DNA of 60,591 nucleotides, the filler included. It is 5 parts of 5 records of this genome, joined end to end, with 100 filler letters (N's around TTAATTAATTAA, not from the genome) between each part and the next. Parts side by side here need not be neighbours in the genome. Positions count along the whole stretch, not along the records: positions 13,048 to 21,053 come from DRR723986_21764; positions 21,154 to 36,535 come from DRR723986_21767; 3 more parts are not named here. One strand, written 5' to 3'. The translations under genes and the position numbers were made by a program. Of this stretch, positions 20,643 to 32,115 are shown one piece after another. Below the pieces are notes generated by a model that did not search any database, was not told where the DNA came from, and saw only the letters and a program-made list of their open reading frames with translations. How positions within the stretch are numbered: position 1 is the stretch's first letter; each line of letters begins with the position of its first letter.

Positions 20643-21053
20643 TGTCTCGACCTCCTTGGCGATGTTTCTGTTGAACCCAAACGGACTAGGTGAACGTGGG
20701 GACCTTGCAGACAAACGCTCCGAATCCTTGCAGCGCTGCCTTGATAGCAATCCATCTAACGTCACCTATTGGGTACTTAGCGGATAAAGTGACTTGTCTC
20801 AAGATGGATTTGTCACTCGGCACTCTCGTCTTCTAAGTCATTGGTCGTTCGGTTACTGCCTCAACGTCGCAGAACATTCTCGCACCGGCCTGTTTTGCAG
20901 TTTGCGCAGGAACGCCGGAAGAAATCAGGCGGAGGATCGCAAGGCTCAGGATTCTTGCGACAAGTGCAGGCTAAAGATCGGCGAGCTCCAATGACCTGAT
21001 CACTTGGTCTTGCCAGTTGCATGACACGGTGACGAACGTGTCAGGCTTCGGTG

Positions 21054-21153
21054 NNNNNNNNNNNNNNNNNNNNNNNNNNNNNNNNNNNNNNNNNNNNTTA
21101 ATTAATTAANNNNNNNNNNNNNNNNNNNNNNNNNNNNNNNNNNNNNNNNNNNN
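21054..21153. other. Artificial contig linker
   Basis: N-run with TTAATTAATTAA. Confidence 0.97.
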
Positions 21154-21606
21154 GGGTCGAGCCCTTAGGGCTCGACCCGGGTGCCGGAAAATTAGCCTTC
21201 CAACTTCAAGCCCTCTCCCCACCTGAAAAAGACACTTAACACCTCCCCACCAGACACTCAACTGTTTTACCTTGTGCCTTTGCGTGGCGCGACAGTACCC
21301 CATCAGAAGCTCTCTATCAGAAAAACCTCTTCAATCCCGCATAATGAATCAGCATATTAACTCTAATTATTTGATTCTTTTTTGGCTCGAAACTGACGCG
21401 CCGCTCAGTAGCTGGTGATTGCGCCACCACTGTCACATCTAATGGCCAACAGGCCGGCAGCTGGAAAACCACCTACCGGTGATCTCCACTCACATGTTTC
21501 TGACTTGTGTCCCAGAGCGGTCCACACTAGCAAATGGGTGGATTCAGCCCGTGACGCTGATCTCCGGCCGCGGGCCAAACAAAAGCGGAATTGGTATTAT
21601 CATTTG

Positions 21607-23061
21607 TCAGGTGCTTTTGGGAGTGCCGTCGGAATGTAAAGAGACCTCGCCGACGAGGCGGTCCATGACCACACTTGCAGTGATATCACCACCGACGTTG
21701 ACTGCCGTGCGCGACATGTCCAGAATGCGATCCACGCCCAAAATCAGCGCTATGCCCGCAGCCGGAATGCCGAGGCCCTCCAGAATTGTAGCCAGAATCA
21801 CAATCCCGACACCCGGTGTACTCGGCGCACCAATTGAGGCTCCCACGGTTGTAACCGTAAGTAAAATCAGGGCTGTGCCGGTTAACTCCAGGCCAAAAAC
21901 CTGTGAGAGAAACAGAGCTGCGGACACCTGATACAGCGCCGTGCCATCCATGTTGATCGTAGCGCCCACGGGTAGAACGACCTGCGCAATGCCGCCCGTT
22001 ACACCCAGTTCACGCTGCGCAACCTGCATGGAAACCGGCAGAACGGCGGCACTGGACGAAGTTGAAAATGCCAGGAGCAGGACGTTGCGAATTTTAGAAA
22101 CGAAGCTGATGGGAGAACGCCGCCCCACCGCCCAAATCATAAAGAGGTAGACGCCAAAGAGCAGAATCAGGCCCAGGAGCACAGTAAATACGTAGGCCGA
22201 CATTGAGACAATAGCGTCAAAACCAACCTGAATGGTGATTTGCGCGAGCAAGCCAAAGACGGCCAGTGGTGCGATCCGCATCGCCCAGCCGACGACCTGC
22301 ATCGAGACTTCCTGCACGGAAACCGCCAGTGTGACGAGTGCGCGCGAACGCTCAGCCGGAATCAGGAGCAGCGCAACACCCATCAGAATCGCAAATATTA
22401 CAATCTGCAGCATCGATTCATCAATCGCCGCCGCCAGGGGATTTGAGGGGATCAGGTCGATGATTTGCTGCGGAACTGACTGGGGCTCCAGAACTTCAAT
22501 CGGCGGCGCGGCGGCACTAGTGCCGGTAAGCTCCTGTACCAGCTCTCGCGGTATAAATGCGCCCGGCTCAATTACGGTTGTGACGGCTATGCCAATCGCT
22601 ACGGCCACGACTGTGGTAAACACAAAGTAGGGCAAGAGGCGCACACCCACGCGCCGCAGAAACACGACGTCGCTGCCGGATGTGATCCCGCTGACGATTG
22701 ACGCTATCACGAGCGGAATTACCATCATGCGGATCAGTGCCAGGAACAAGTGCCCCGGCAGCGCCAGCCAGCCGGCGATTTCTCCCGCCGCATGTGTAGA
22801 GACAATGCCCAGGCCTTTGGGTGAAAAAATCAGGCCGACCGAGACGCCGAGCAGCATCGCCACCAGAATCTGCAGCCAGAGGCGCGACTTCTGCGGCTTG
22901 CCGGGCAATTCGACTGTTTTTACAGCGGCAGGATTAGCGGGGTCGGCAGGCGCCGGCGCGCCCGGCGCGGACTCCGGTTCCGGTTCCGGTTCCGGTTTTT
23001 GGGCGCTACGATTGTCTGGATTGTTTGCCGGATTGTTTGCCGGATCATCTGCAGTATTCAT
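21607..23061 (-). CDS. Dicarboxylate/amino acid:cation symporter (DAACS)
   Basis: FSTSSSAAVLP, GATINMDGTA, DRILDMSRTAVN. Confidence 0.93.
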   Translation of the reverse strand: MNTADDPANNPANNPDNRSAQKPEPEPEPESAPGAPAPADPANPAAVKTVELPGKPQKSRLWLQILVAMLLGVSVGLIFSPKGLGIVSTHAAGEIAGWLALPGHLFLALIRMMVIPLVIASIVSGITSGSDVVFLRRVGVRLLPYFVFTTVVAVAIGIAVTTVIEPGAFIPRELVQELTGTSAAAPPIEVLEPQSVPQQIIDLIPSNPLAAAIDESMLQIVIFAILMGVALLLIPAERSRALVTLAVSVQEVSMQVVGWAMRIAPLAVFGLLAQITIQVGFDAIVSMSAYVFTVLLGLILLFGVYLFMIWAVGRRSPISFVSKIRNVLLLAFSTSSSAAVLPVSMQVAQRELGVTGGIAQVVLPVGATINMDGTALYQVSAALFLSQVFGLELTGTALILLTVTTVGASIGAPSTPGVGIVILATILEGLGIPAAGIALILGVDRILDMSRTAVNVGGDITASVVMDRLVGEVSLHSDGTPKST

Positions 23062-23259
23062 CTTCTTCAGACCTTGGAAGTGTAGTGTGCGAACATCCTT
23101 CAATAAGGCATTTTGCTCGTGAAGAATCAATGATAAACACCCATGTTCCAGGTCGGCATACCGCTCGATTCCAAAAAAATTCCATAAGCCGGCCGGCGGC
23201 GCGAATCATAGGACAGTCTCGGAGCACAACAGAATCTTAACCGAATTCCCGGAGCACAA

Positions 23260-24726
23260 ATGCACGGCCCCAAATATCTGATCCTCATGTCTGCCGTCCT
23301 GCTTGGCGGCATCATCCTGATAGCCAACAGCACACAAAGCAGCAGCGACCAACCGAATGCCTTTCTGCCTAAAGTCAAAAACAGTAGTGAGATTCCAAGC
23401 CTAAACCTGCAGGCGCAGCGCGAGCGCGGCATCCTCAGCAGCGACAACACTGCCGAAAATGTGAGCGAGACCTTCACAGAAGTCGACGTTGTTGAACCGG
23501 TGCAGGAGGAACACCTTCCCGACAACATCATCCCACCCGCTCCGCGAATTGATCCACCCGACGAGCCCAAACCGGAAACGCAGGACCTGATTCAGCTGGC
23601 TTTGCTGCTCGACTGCAGCGGCAGTATGCAGGGCCTGATCACACAGGCGCAGGCTTACCTCTGGAACATCGTCAACGAATTGGCGGCGATGCAACGCGAC
23701 CAGCGCCCGGCGCGCCTGGAACTGGCGCTCTACGCCTACGGCCTGGAACATGGTAAGCTGAGCGGTAATACGCTCTCCAACCAGGCACCCAGCCAGCCTG
23801 GCAGCCCGACGGCCTCAACGCGTTCGGCGCGGCGCCAGGCGATTCTGGACCGCGTGGGTGGCGGCGGCAACGAATACATGCAGCAGATTTCCGGCTTTAC
23901 GACAGATCTGGAAGACCTGGCCGACAAACTCTTTGCGCTGACGACTTCCGGCTCCGAAGAATACTGCGGCACCGTGATTGCACGTTCGCTGCAAAACCTT
24001 GAGTGGAACATGAATCCGGAAACGCTGCGCCTGATCGTTATTGCCGGTAACGAGACATTTGACCAGGGGCCTTTTGACTACCGCGAAGTCTGTACTCAGG
24101 CCGCCGCCGACGGTGCTTTCATCAACACGGTTTTTTGTGGCGTCTGTGAACAGGGCATCCAGCTGCACTGGCGTGATGCCGCGCTGCGCGGTGGCGGCAG
24201 TTACAATTGCATCAACCACGACGACGCAATTCAGGATGTGGCGACGCCCTACGACGCCGAACTGGAAGTCCTCAATCAAGAACTCAACGACACCTACATG
24301 GCTTACAGCCCGGCGGGTGCCGGCAAAAAAATGCAGCAGCTGACTAATGACGAAAACACGCGGCGCCTCAGCGGTGAACAGGCGCTCAACCGCGCCATGG
24401 TCAAATCCTCCCGCGCATACGATAACTCCAGCTGGGACCTGGTAGACGCCGTCACCAATGACAAACTGGAACTGAGCGCCCAAAAACCTGAACAGCTGCC
24501 GGATACGCTCAAAAACATGAGCGCCGCACAGCGCCAGGCCTTTGTAGACACGCTCAGCAGCAAACGCGCAGCCGCACAACAAGCCATCCGCGATCTGGGC
24601 GAACAGCGCCGCAGCTACCTGAGTTCAGTACGGGCCGAAAGTGCCCAGGAGAGCAATAACCTGAGTGATGCGCTGCTCAACAGCCTGCGCGCACAAGCCG
24701 CCGAACGCGGATACAATCGCAAATAA
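23260..24726 (+). CDS. vWA-domain exported protein
   Basis: MIDAS motif DCSGSM, EYCG, IAGNE. Confidence 0.8.
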   Translation: MHGPKYLILMSAVLLGGIILIANSTQSSSDQPNAFLPKVKNSSEIPSLNLQAQRERGILSSDNTAENVSETFTEVDVVEPVQEEHLPDNIIPPAPRIDPPDEPKPETQDLIQLALLLDCSGSMQGLITQAQAYLWNIVNELAAMQRDQRPARLELALYAYGLEHGKLSGNTLSNQAPSQPGSPTASTRSARRQAILDRVGGGGNEYMQQISGFTTDLEDLADKLFALTTSGSEEYCGTVIARSLQNLEWNMNPETLRLIVIAGNETFDQGPFDYREVCTQAAADGAFINTVFCGVCEQGIQLHWRDAALRGGGSYNCINHDDAIQDVATPYDAELEVLNQELNDTYMAYSPAGAGKKMQQLTNDENTRRLSGEQALNRAMVKSSRAYDNSSWDLVDAVTNDKLELSAQKPEQLPDTLKNMSAAQRQAFVDTLSSKRAAAQQAIRDLGEQRRSYLSSVRAESAQESNNLSDALLNSLRAQAAERGYNRK

Positions 24727-24990
24727 GCATACATAATCGCGCCTGGAATTGCGCAACGACCGGCCCCGCAACCGACAAACCATGGGTGAAATCAGCATAA
24801 TTATGCCTGGTGAATTCCCTGACCCGCAAATAGTTTGTACTTTGGATGAGACCTATGGCATCAATCTTGTGTCTTAGCTCCTGTCACAATCCATGTCGCA
24901 GACGGCTCACCTGCGGCATGTCTCTGAACTCAGAGACTGTGATGCACTGCGCTCACTCCTGAAACCAAAGTTCCAAACGGGGATTCGATT

Positions 24991-26244
24991 ATGCAGCGTC
25001 CACTATTTGCGCTCGTATTTGCTCTGGCTATGACCGGCCTTCTGCTCATTTCGGGCTGTTGGTCAACCAACACCTACACGTACATCGCTTATGATCCGAT
25101 TTACCTGCCGCTCGAAGAGCTGCGGGCAGGCGTGCAAACCGAGCCGGCACGTGAACTGCAAAACCCCGGCCGGATCTGGGTGTACAATGACTACCTGCTG
25201 ATTAACGAAGTCAACGAAGGCATTCACATCGTCGATAACTCCGCGCCGGAAGCGCCGCAGTTTATCTCCTTCGTAGCGATTCCAGGCAATGGTAATATGT
25301 CGGTGCGCGATAATATCATGTACGTTGACAGTTACATCGATCTGGTGGCACTTGACATCAGCAATCCAACAGCAGCACGTGAAGTTGGCCGCGTTGAGAA
25401 CATATTCCCGTACCTGCTGGATGACTTTGGCGAGGGTGTTGATCCCGAGCGCGGCGTCATCATCGGCTGGAACGAGCGTGAAGTAACGGTCGAGGAAGAT
25501 GTAGACCTGTTTAATCCGGTTGACCGGCCGACAAGTGGCGGCAGAGATTTTAACAGTGCGGGTAACGAATCTTCACCGGGTACTTCCAATGACAGCCGCG
25601 GTGGTTCCATGGCGCGTTTTACGATTGTGGGTGACGCGCTTTACGTGGTCAGTCAATCCGAGCTGCAACTCTTCACACTTACGGATCCAAGCCAACCGGC
25701 CACCTGGGCCAAAGTTGATTTAGGCTGGGGCATCGAAACAATTTTCCCCTACGACGATAAACTGTTTATCGGTTCACGCACCGGTATGTTTATTTACGAC
25801 AACAGCAATCCACTTAACCCGCGCCGCCTCTCCGAATTCCTGCACGTGCGATCCTGTGACCCTGTCGTAGCCGACGACAATTTTGCATACGTAACGTTGC
25901 GGACGGGCAATACCTGCGATGGTACGGCTAATCAACTTGACATTATTGATATAAGTGATATCCGCAATCCGCGTTTGTTAACAACCTATGCCATGCAGAA
26001 TCCACACGGCCTGGCAATTGTTGGCAACACACTTTTTATCTGTGATGGTGAGGCGGGCCTCAAGGTGTTTGACGCCGACAATCGCGCGGACATTCAGCTC
26101 CAGTCACACGACAGCTCCCTGCAGACCTACGATATTATTCCGGTCGGCACACGTGCGATTGTCATTGGCCCCGATGGTTTGTTTCAGTACGACTGTGCAG
26201 ACCCGACCAACATTCGTATGTTAAGTGTTATTCGCAGCAATTAA
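24991..26244 (+). CDS. LVIVD-repeat lipoprotein
   Basis: Lipobox ISGC; GIHIVDNS, GGSMARF, SCDPVV. Confidence 0.8.
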   Translation: MQRPLFALVFALAMTGLLLISGCWSTNTYTYIAYDPIYLPLEELRAGVQTEPARELQNPGRIWVYNDYLLINEVNEGIHIVDNSAPEAPQFISFVAIPGNGNMSVRDNIMYVDSYIDLVALDISNPTAAREVGRVENIFPYLLDDFGEGVDPERGVIIGWNEREVTVEEDVDLFNPVDRPTSGGRDFNSAGNESSPGTSNDSRGGSMARFTIVGDALYVVSQSELQLFTLTDPSQPATWAKVDLGWGIETIFPYDDKLFIGSRTGMFIYDNSNPLNPRRLSEFLHVRSCDPVVADDNFAYVTLRTGNTCDGTANQLDIIDISDIRNPRLLTTYAMQNPHGLAIVGNTLFICDGEAGLKVFDADNRADIQLQSHDSSLQTYDIIPVGTRAIVIGPDGLFQYDCADPTNIRMLSVIRSN

Positions 26245-26677
26245 TCGGGGATACAAACTCAGCGATCTAACAAGAATGTTAAGTGAGGAATTCACGTTAC
26301 ATTTGGCGCGCGACTTCCGGACTTAAACAAGCAATATTACAACACTCCACTTTTAAAGTGGAAAAACATTTGGTTCATACGCAGGGGGGCATTCTTGCGT
26401 TAGCATGTCATGTTTTGAACCAAATTCAGGGAGGTGATCCGCAAGGGTTACCTCTTCTGCTTTTAAAGCCCGGGCATGAGCGCTTTGAGCTCTCTCTATC
26501 GTTCGGCTCAGGCTTTTTTGATTTTTTTGTTTGGCGCGGAGTCCAGAGTAAAGATGCTAACAGAGAGTCCTCAGCGGGCGTGTTGAGAAAGAAGCCGGCC
26601 GCAGCAATAAGAGCCAAACACTAAACAGGCGTAAACAAATCCGTCAACATAAGACCTACACAATGACTTGAGATTCA

Positions 26678-28867
26678 ATGTTGTTTTTTATTATATTACG
26701 CGCCCCCAAGATCACATGCCATTTCGGCAAAACAACGGAGATCAATTTGCAGAATATCACATCGAAGTTTGCAGGTATGCTTCTCATAGGAGCTGCACTC
26801 GTATTAGGTCTACATCCTCTGGCAGCTCAGGACATATCACAGCCCTGGAGTCAGGAAACATGGGAATCAAGCGCAGAAATAACAGTCCTGGAAGAGTCTG
26901 ATGGTCGTGTGTTTGCAGGCACCGCCAAATCGGGTCTATTCTACAGTGATGACAGTGGCGATAACTGGATCAGCCTCCGCCCAGGCCTGCCATTGCGCAC
27001 AATTCATAGTTGGACAAAAATCGCAAACACGATCATCGTGACCGGCGCGGCGGGAGCGTTCCGCTCTGAGGACAACGGTACAAGCTGGGAAACTTCAGAG
27101 ATTGCGCCGGGCGTAGCTCTAACGTCCGCCTGGGATGTAGCGCAGCATGAAACAAGTATTTTTGCAGCGCGATTGGATGCAATATTCCAGAGCGATGACC
27201 AGGGTAAATCCTGGCAGCAAGTGGAATTTGAAAGCGAACAGGACAATGAGTTAAGCAATATCTACAAAATTGAGAGCCACGATGGCCGGCTGTATTTAGG
27301 CAACAATAGTAATCTCTATCGCCTGGATGTACGGACGAACGAACTTCAACCTATCGGCACGCCCTTCTGGAGCGGAGCCATTCACCTGATAAAAAATGTT
27401 CGTGAGCAACTGTTTACTTCGGGTCGTTTCAACGACCTCACTGAAGTCAACTTGTATCGCTTAAATTCCAGCACCGATACGTGGGTACCGTCGACTGTCG
27501 GCGATTTCGGCGACAACACAGTCAATGACATAATTTCCAGTGGTGACCGCAGTTATGTGGCCACTGACAGAGGAGTCTTTGAGAGTACGGACGCAGGTAA
27601 CTGGTCGAGCATCCACACACGCGAAAATAGGCTGCGCGCCAATCGTATAACACTGTCCGGTGCTTTCCTGCTGATAGGCACTGCTTCACACGGTGTTTCG
27701 CGCTATAACATCGATGCGCCTGCAGAAGGGCTTGTAGAGGTCAACAAAGGTCTCAACAGCTGGGCTCCAACGCGGGTTTGGCAATTCTCGGAGAGGCTGT
27801 ATGTTCAGTCTCCCAGCCACACGCTACTTAGTAAAACTCGCGGTACAAGCGAAGAATGGCAAGAAGTCATCATCAATAACAGCTTATCACGCGCTATGGA
27901 TATGGTGCAATTCAAGGACGAGTTGCTCTATCTTTCCCTGAACCTGTATACTTCGGCGGATGAGGGCCGCACCTGGCAGCCGCGTTCATCCAAAAGAGCA
28001 CAGGGGCCCAACCGTTTACTTGTTACCGAAGACGAAATTTATGGGTTCAGCACAGCCAGCACCTATCGATTCACCACACCCACGAATGTTAGCCGGGCCG
28101 GCTTTCCAAACGCACAGAACTTCGTTGCACTGGCCACTCAGGACAACTTCATCTTTGGATCGCGCAGAGATGGACGCGTTTTGCGCAGCGACGACCATGG
28201 CAAGAACTGGCAGGATGTGAGCACAGGTTTGCCGGACGAGTTGATCTATACAATGTGGGCAAATTCTGATGTCATTCTGGGTGCAACGGCCTTTAAGCTC
28301 TATCAATCACGTAATTCCGGCCAAACCTGGCAGGATGTTGACATCCAGGACTTATCTGCGGATACACGAATACTGCAAATCTCCGAAAACAATGGGACCG
28401 TGTATGTGTTAAAAGTCGACGGGATCTGGTTCGCAGATGTTAACGAGCTTGCCTGGACGAAGCTGAGCCTGGAAGGTGTTCCAGACTACGCCCAGCTAAA
28501 CTCAATGTCAGTTCGCGGTGATCAAATCTACATTACCACCAACGGCAGCGGAGTTTTCACGACAACTTTAGATTTGCGCATCTCAAGTGTTAGTGACGAG
28601 CCGAAGGACATTCTCGAATTAACAATCAGCCCGAATCCCGTGCTACAAACATCCACGGTTTCGTTCACGCTTGCACAAGCGGCGACAGTAGAGATCAGTG
28701 TTTTTGACGCTCAAGGCAAACAAGTTCTGCCGTCAACACAGAGTTTTCAGCCGGCCGGCAGTTCCGCACAAAATCTTAAGCTTACGGGCCTGTCCTCCGG
28801 CCAATACACGCTAGTTCTGCGCAGCGGCGCAGAAACGACAACACAACAATTTGCAGTTGTGAAGTGA
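26678..28867 (+). CDS. T9SS type A cargo, Asp-box/BNR beta-propeller (paralog 1; true start probably later)
   Basis: Repeated SxDxGxxW; C-terminal SPNP...SSGQY.L CTD. Confidence 0.8.
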   Translation: MLFFIILRAPKITCHFGKTTEINLQNITSKFAGMLLIGAALVLGLHPLAAQDISQPWSQETWESSAEITVLEESDGRVFAGTAKSGLFYSDDSGDNWISLRPGLPLRTIHSWTKIANTIIVTGAAGAFRSEDNGTSWETSEIAPGVALTSAWDVAQHETSIFAARLDAIFQSDDQGKSWQQVEFESEQDNELSNIYKIESHDGRLYLGNNSNLYRLDVRTNELQPIGTPFWSGAIHLIKNVREQLFTSGRFNDLTEVNLYRLNSSTDTWVPSTVGDFGDNTVNDIISSGDRSYVATDRGVFESTDAGNWSSIHTRENRLRANRITLSGAFLLIGTASHGVSRYNIDAPAEGLVEVNKGLNSWAPTRVWQFSERLYVQSPSHTLLSKTRGTSEEWQEVIINNSLSRAMDMVQFKDELLYLSLNLYTSADEGRTWQPRSSKRAQGPNRLLVTEDEIYGFSTASTYRFTTPTNVSRAGFPNAQNFVALATQDNFIFGSRRDGRVLRSDDHGKNWQDVSTGLPDELIYTMWANSDVILGATAFKLYQSRNSGQTWQDVDIQDLSADTRILQISENNGTVYVLKVDGIWFADVNELAWTKLSLEGVPDYAQLNSMSVRGDQIYITTNGSGVFTTTLDLRISSVSDEPKDILELTISPNPVLQTSTVSFTLAQAATVEISVFDAQGKQVLPSTQSFQPAGSSAQNLKLTGLSSGQYTLVLRSGAETTTQQFAVVK

Positions 28868-28921
28868 GGCACAAGACTGACCTGTTTGCAGTTAACATGT
28901 GACTAAACAACTGAAGATTGA

Positions 28922-28970
28922 GCCTGAGTCTCTACGCTTCTCGGCTTGAGACTTGGGCCTTGTCTTTTTT
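28922..28970 (+). terminator. Probable intrinsic terminator
   Basis: GCCTGAGTCTC...GAGACTTGGGC stem followed by T-tract after paralog 1. Confidence 0.5.
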
Positions 28971-29302
28971 GGACCGTGGGCCTGATGGCTGAATGTTTGG
29001 CGCTCACGATACTGCCATCTGATTTTTTTGAGGTTCAGGAACAGGATTGAAAATCTCAGCGCAAATTCATTTTAGACTGGCCGGCACCGACCGTAAGCAA
29101 AAGCACTTGTTTGCCCCCCTTACTTAACCGCCTGCCGGCCACGGCGCGACAAAAAACGCTTAAACAGACTCATTGCCCAGGGAGATTCTCCCAATTCGAC
29201 TTATCTTTCGACGTTAGAAACTGACACCACTACTGTTGATGTTTGCAGTGGGGCCCGCAAACCGCAGGTCAATGTCATCCGCACATTCAGGAGCACAGCA
29301 GC

Positions 29303-31801
29303 ATGCGCACGCCATATTCGGCTGCCAAAACCATCTGGATAACAGTCATCCTAAGCATGCTCGTCCCGACCCTGGGTTGGGCGCAAGACTGGAAAGTAAC
29401 TGAACCGCATGAGATCGAACGCTCGGTCGCCGATCCCTGTAGCAATATAGTTTTGCACCTGACTGAGGTCAGCGGCTTCTATGTTCTAAAGTGCCACTCC
29501 AGCCGGGCCGGCAGACCACTGTGGCATAAAACTTTTGAAGATTTTGAAGTCGATACGTCCCCAATGTTCGTTTCAGCACGCGGCGATGTAGTCATAGGCG
29601 CCAATGATTCGCTCTACTTTTTCGATGGCCGCAGCGGAGCGTCACTTGCACAGCTGGGAATCTGCGATGGCGACTGGGACAATTTGATTAACAGACATCA
29701 TCAGTCACACGCCGACTTCCGTTGGCTGGACAAACAGCCTTCGTCCACTTCACTTGATAAGGACCAGGTCAATTCGCTGCTCGAAACACATATTGATGAC
29801 AGCCTGCTGATTCTCTACTTTGATGGCTGCATTCAGTTTGTAGATCTTATCGACCGCCGCACAATCTTGCGCTCTTCCGAATCACCGGATCGTCCGCTGC
29901 TCGTACGTGACGGCCGCTACGCGATGCTGGTTAACGGCGAGGATGGCAAAAAAATGTATGTAATTGACTACAAAACACGTGAAGTGATTTACCGCCACAC
30001 CTATGCAGTCGATACCTATGTGCAGCGCGACTACTTTGAAGTGTTTAAGTCACACTTAAACCGCATAGTCTATTTTACCGAGAACTCTGCTGTATTACTC
30101 GCTCTGGATTCAGCTTGCAGGCGCATGGACTTTGAGTACAAGCCGAATGTCAAAAAAAACACATCGCGCCGACGCAGGAGCAAGGCTAAGAAACGCCTCC
30201 CAAACTTCCGGACAGTCTGTACCCCGCGGGACTTTTGGCTCATACGCGAAGTGGCGGAAGGCAACCTCGTATATGACCTGCAGACGGGTCGCGAACTTTG
30301 GCAAGTAGATAAGGGTGCCGGCGCAGCAACCCTGGACACAGTCATTGTGCTTGATGATGGAGTCGACGCGTTATGGTGTACACATGACAAGTCCGGCTGG
30401 ATGCATCTAACGCGGCTAAACATGAGCACAGGTGATGTTAAGTGGACCAAACGAATGACGCGCCAGGAAGAACCCTACCGCTCATTGTTCAGTCGCAAAG
30501 TTCCATACTACCAATTTGCACCCAGTGCTCTTGAGTTCGGCATTTTTGTGAATCTGGTTGGACAAATGCGCGTGGACGGGAGTGTGGGAGTGAGTGCCGT
30601 TCCCGGTGTGGGTGTGAAACCACCAGTTCCGCACTACATGACCGACACCGCGCGCTACTTCGACGCCGAAACTGAAGCTGTATTCAAACCTCTGTTTTTC
30701 GATTCAAAGCAGTTAACGGGTTTAATAGCCGGCCGTGTGTATGGCGGAACAGAATCCAAGAGCCGAGACGTAGAGTATGATGGCGAACGAATCTTCACGA
30801 TAGACCTGGAAAATGGCAAACTACTCAACGAACACCAGACAGAGATCCTCGCTAATCGCGAGTACGAGGGCATTGAGTTTAATCAGGTCGAAACTCCGGA
30901 AGAGCCATTAACATTCACGTCAAGTAGTCCCTTCAGGCCGGGAGCCTTTAATGCTCAGGTCCTGTTATCGATGCGCCAAACGCTGGATTATGCACTAATT
31001 GTGGCTTCGCAGAAAGTGATTGTTGTGCGCTCCGACGGCACAATAGAAGAACAGGATTACTTTGAACCACAGGCCGAAGGTCACTTAACAAGCGTTGTAC
31101 ACAATCATCTGGATGGTGGCATGATCGTGCGCGCGCGCATGCCTGGCTTTAAGATGGCGTACTGGACGGTTAATCCCGGCAGCATCCCCTTCACAACCCA
31201 TCTGAACGCTGTTTCTGATCTTTCGCTCAGGAACTTGACTGACTCCACCAGAAGTCAGTTCAGCTATCACCTGAAGGCCGACAAGGTGTCGGCTTTCCCG
31301 CTACAAACGGACCCGCTCAATCTAACTCTGAACACTGATGCTCTCTGGGCCCTGAATGCAGAGGGGCAGCCGACGAACACCAGCGCCGCTGAGTGGGAGC
31401 AGCAGACAACACAAGTACTTTCTAAACGCTTACGGGCTAAGCGCAAACATACCCTGGAACAACTACCCAGAAGCAGTCTGGAGTTTAGCGCCACAGGTGA
31501 GCTACTCTACTTCACCCCGAGCGGCGTGTATTTGTTAAGTCCACAGGGAGAAATAATATCGCAGCTGGTTCCCGACAATTATTCACGGGAAACACAGTTG
31601 GGCATCTTTGAATTTGAGAATTCATTTGTGGTTAACCGCGGCGACTTCACGTACGTCCTTAAGCGCAAAGGCGGCAAGACCAATTCCAGCTTCCACGAAG
31701 TTGATTCCAGTGCGCTCCTGAGTTTTATTTGTCCGCAGCAAGGCATGCTGATCCTCATTAATAAGGACAAAAATGAGATCAGCGGAATTGAGCTTGAGTA
31801 A
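29303..31801 (+). CDS. Exported hypothetical protein, possible PQQ-like beta-propeller
   Basis: Signal peptide; YDLQTGRELW and LNMSTGDVKW repeats. Confidence 0.6.
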   Translation: MRTPYSAAKTIWITVILSMLVPTLGWAQDWKVTEPHEIERSVADPCSNIVLHLTEVSGFYVLKCHSSRAGRPLWHKTFEDFEVDTSPMFVSARGDVVIGANDSLYFFDGRSGASLAQLGICDGDWDNLINRHHQSHADFRWLDKQPSSTSLDKDQVNSLLETHIDDSLLILYFDGCIQFVDLIDRRTILRSSESPDRPLLVRDGRYAMLVNGEDGKKMYVIDYKTREVIYRHTYAVDTYVQRDYFEVFKSHLNRIVYFTENSAVLLALDSACRRMDFEYKPNVKKNTSRRRRSKAKKRLPNFRTVCTPRDFWLIREVAEGNLVYDLQTGRELWQVDKGAGAATLDTVIVLDDGVDALWCTHDKSGWMHLTRLNMSTGDVKWTKRMTRQEEPYRSLFSRKVPYYQFAPSALEFGIFVNLVGQMRVDGSVGVSAVPGVGVKPPVPHYMTDTARYFDAETEAVFKPLFFDSKQLTGLIAGRVYGGTESKSRDVEYDGERIFTIDLENGKLLNEHQTEILANREYEGIEFNQVETPEEPLTFTSSSPFRPGAFNAQVLLSMRQTLDYALIVASQKVIVVRSDGTIEEQDYFEPQAEGHLTSVVHNHLDGGMIVRARMPGFKMAYWTVNPGSIPFTTHLNAVSDLSLRNLTDSTRSQFSYHLKADKVSAFPLQTDPLNLTLNTDALWALNAEGQPTNTSAAEWEQQTTQVLSKRLRAKRKHTLEQLPRSSLEFSATGELLYFTPSGVYLLSPQGEIISQLVPDNYSRETQLGIFEFENSFVVNRGDFTYVLKRKGGKTNSSFHEVDSSALLSFICPQQGMLILINKDKNEISGIELE

Positions 31802-32115
31802 TTCGCGTGCAGGATATGGTTTGGCGCGCAGGGGCAACACGTTCGGGGAAATCGTATCTTCGGCATAGTCCGGCTGCCATGAAACACTAAAACTCTCCGC
31901 AATCTCACGGGGAATAGGCTGAGATAACGTTTCATCTTTTGGCTTTGGAGAGGAGGCAGTTTTTGCAGCTCCCCGCGATTGCGTCTTCGCAAGCGACAGC
32001 GCCCCCTGTCCAAGCATTAATAACAATGAGACCTGTGACCATTCTCGTGCACGGCGGTCACTAGTATAGCCGCTCCTAAAGCGTCCCCGCGCAACACATC
32101 ATTCCAGAGGTCTCC

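Noticed and set aside
22970-23045. CCGGTT and CCGGATTGTTTG tandem repeats
   Set aside because: Coding low-complexity N-terminus (PEPEPE, NNPA) of the symporter.
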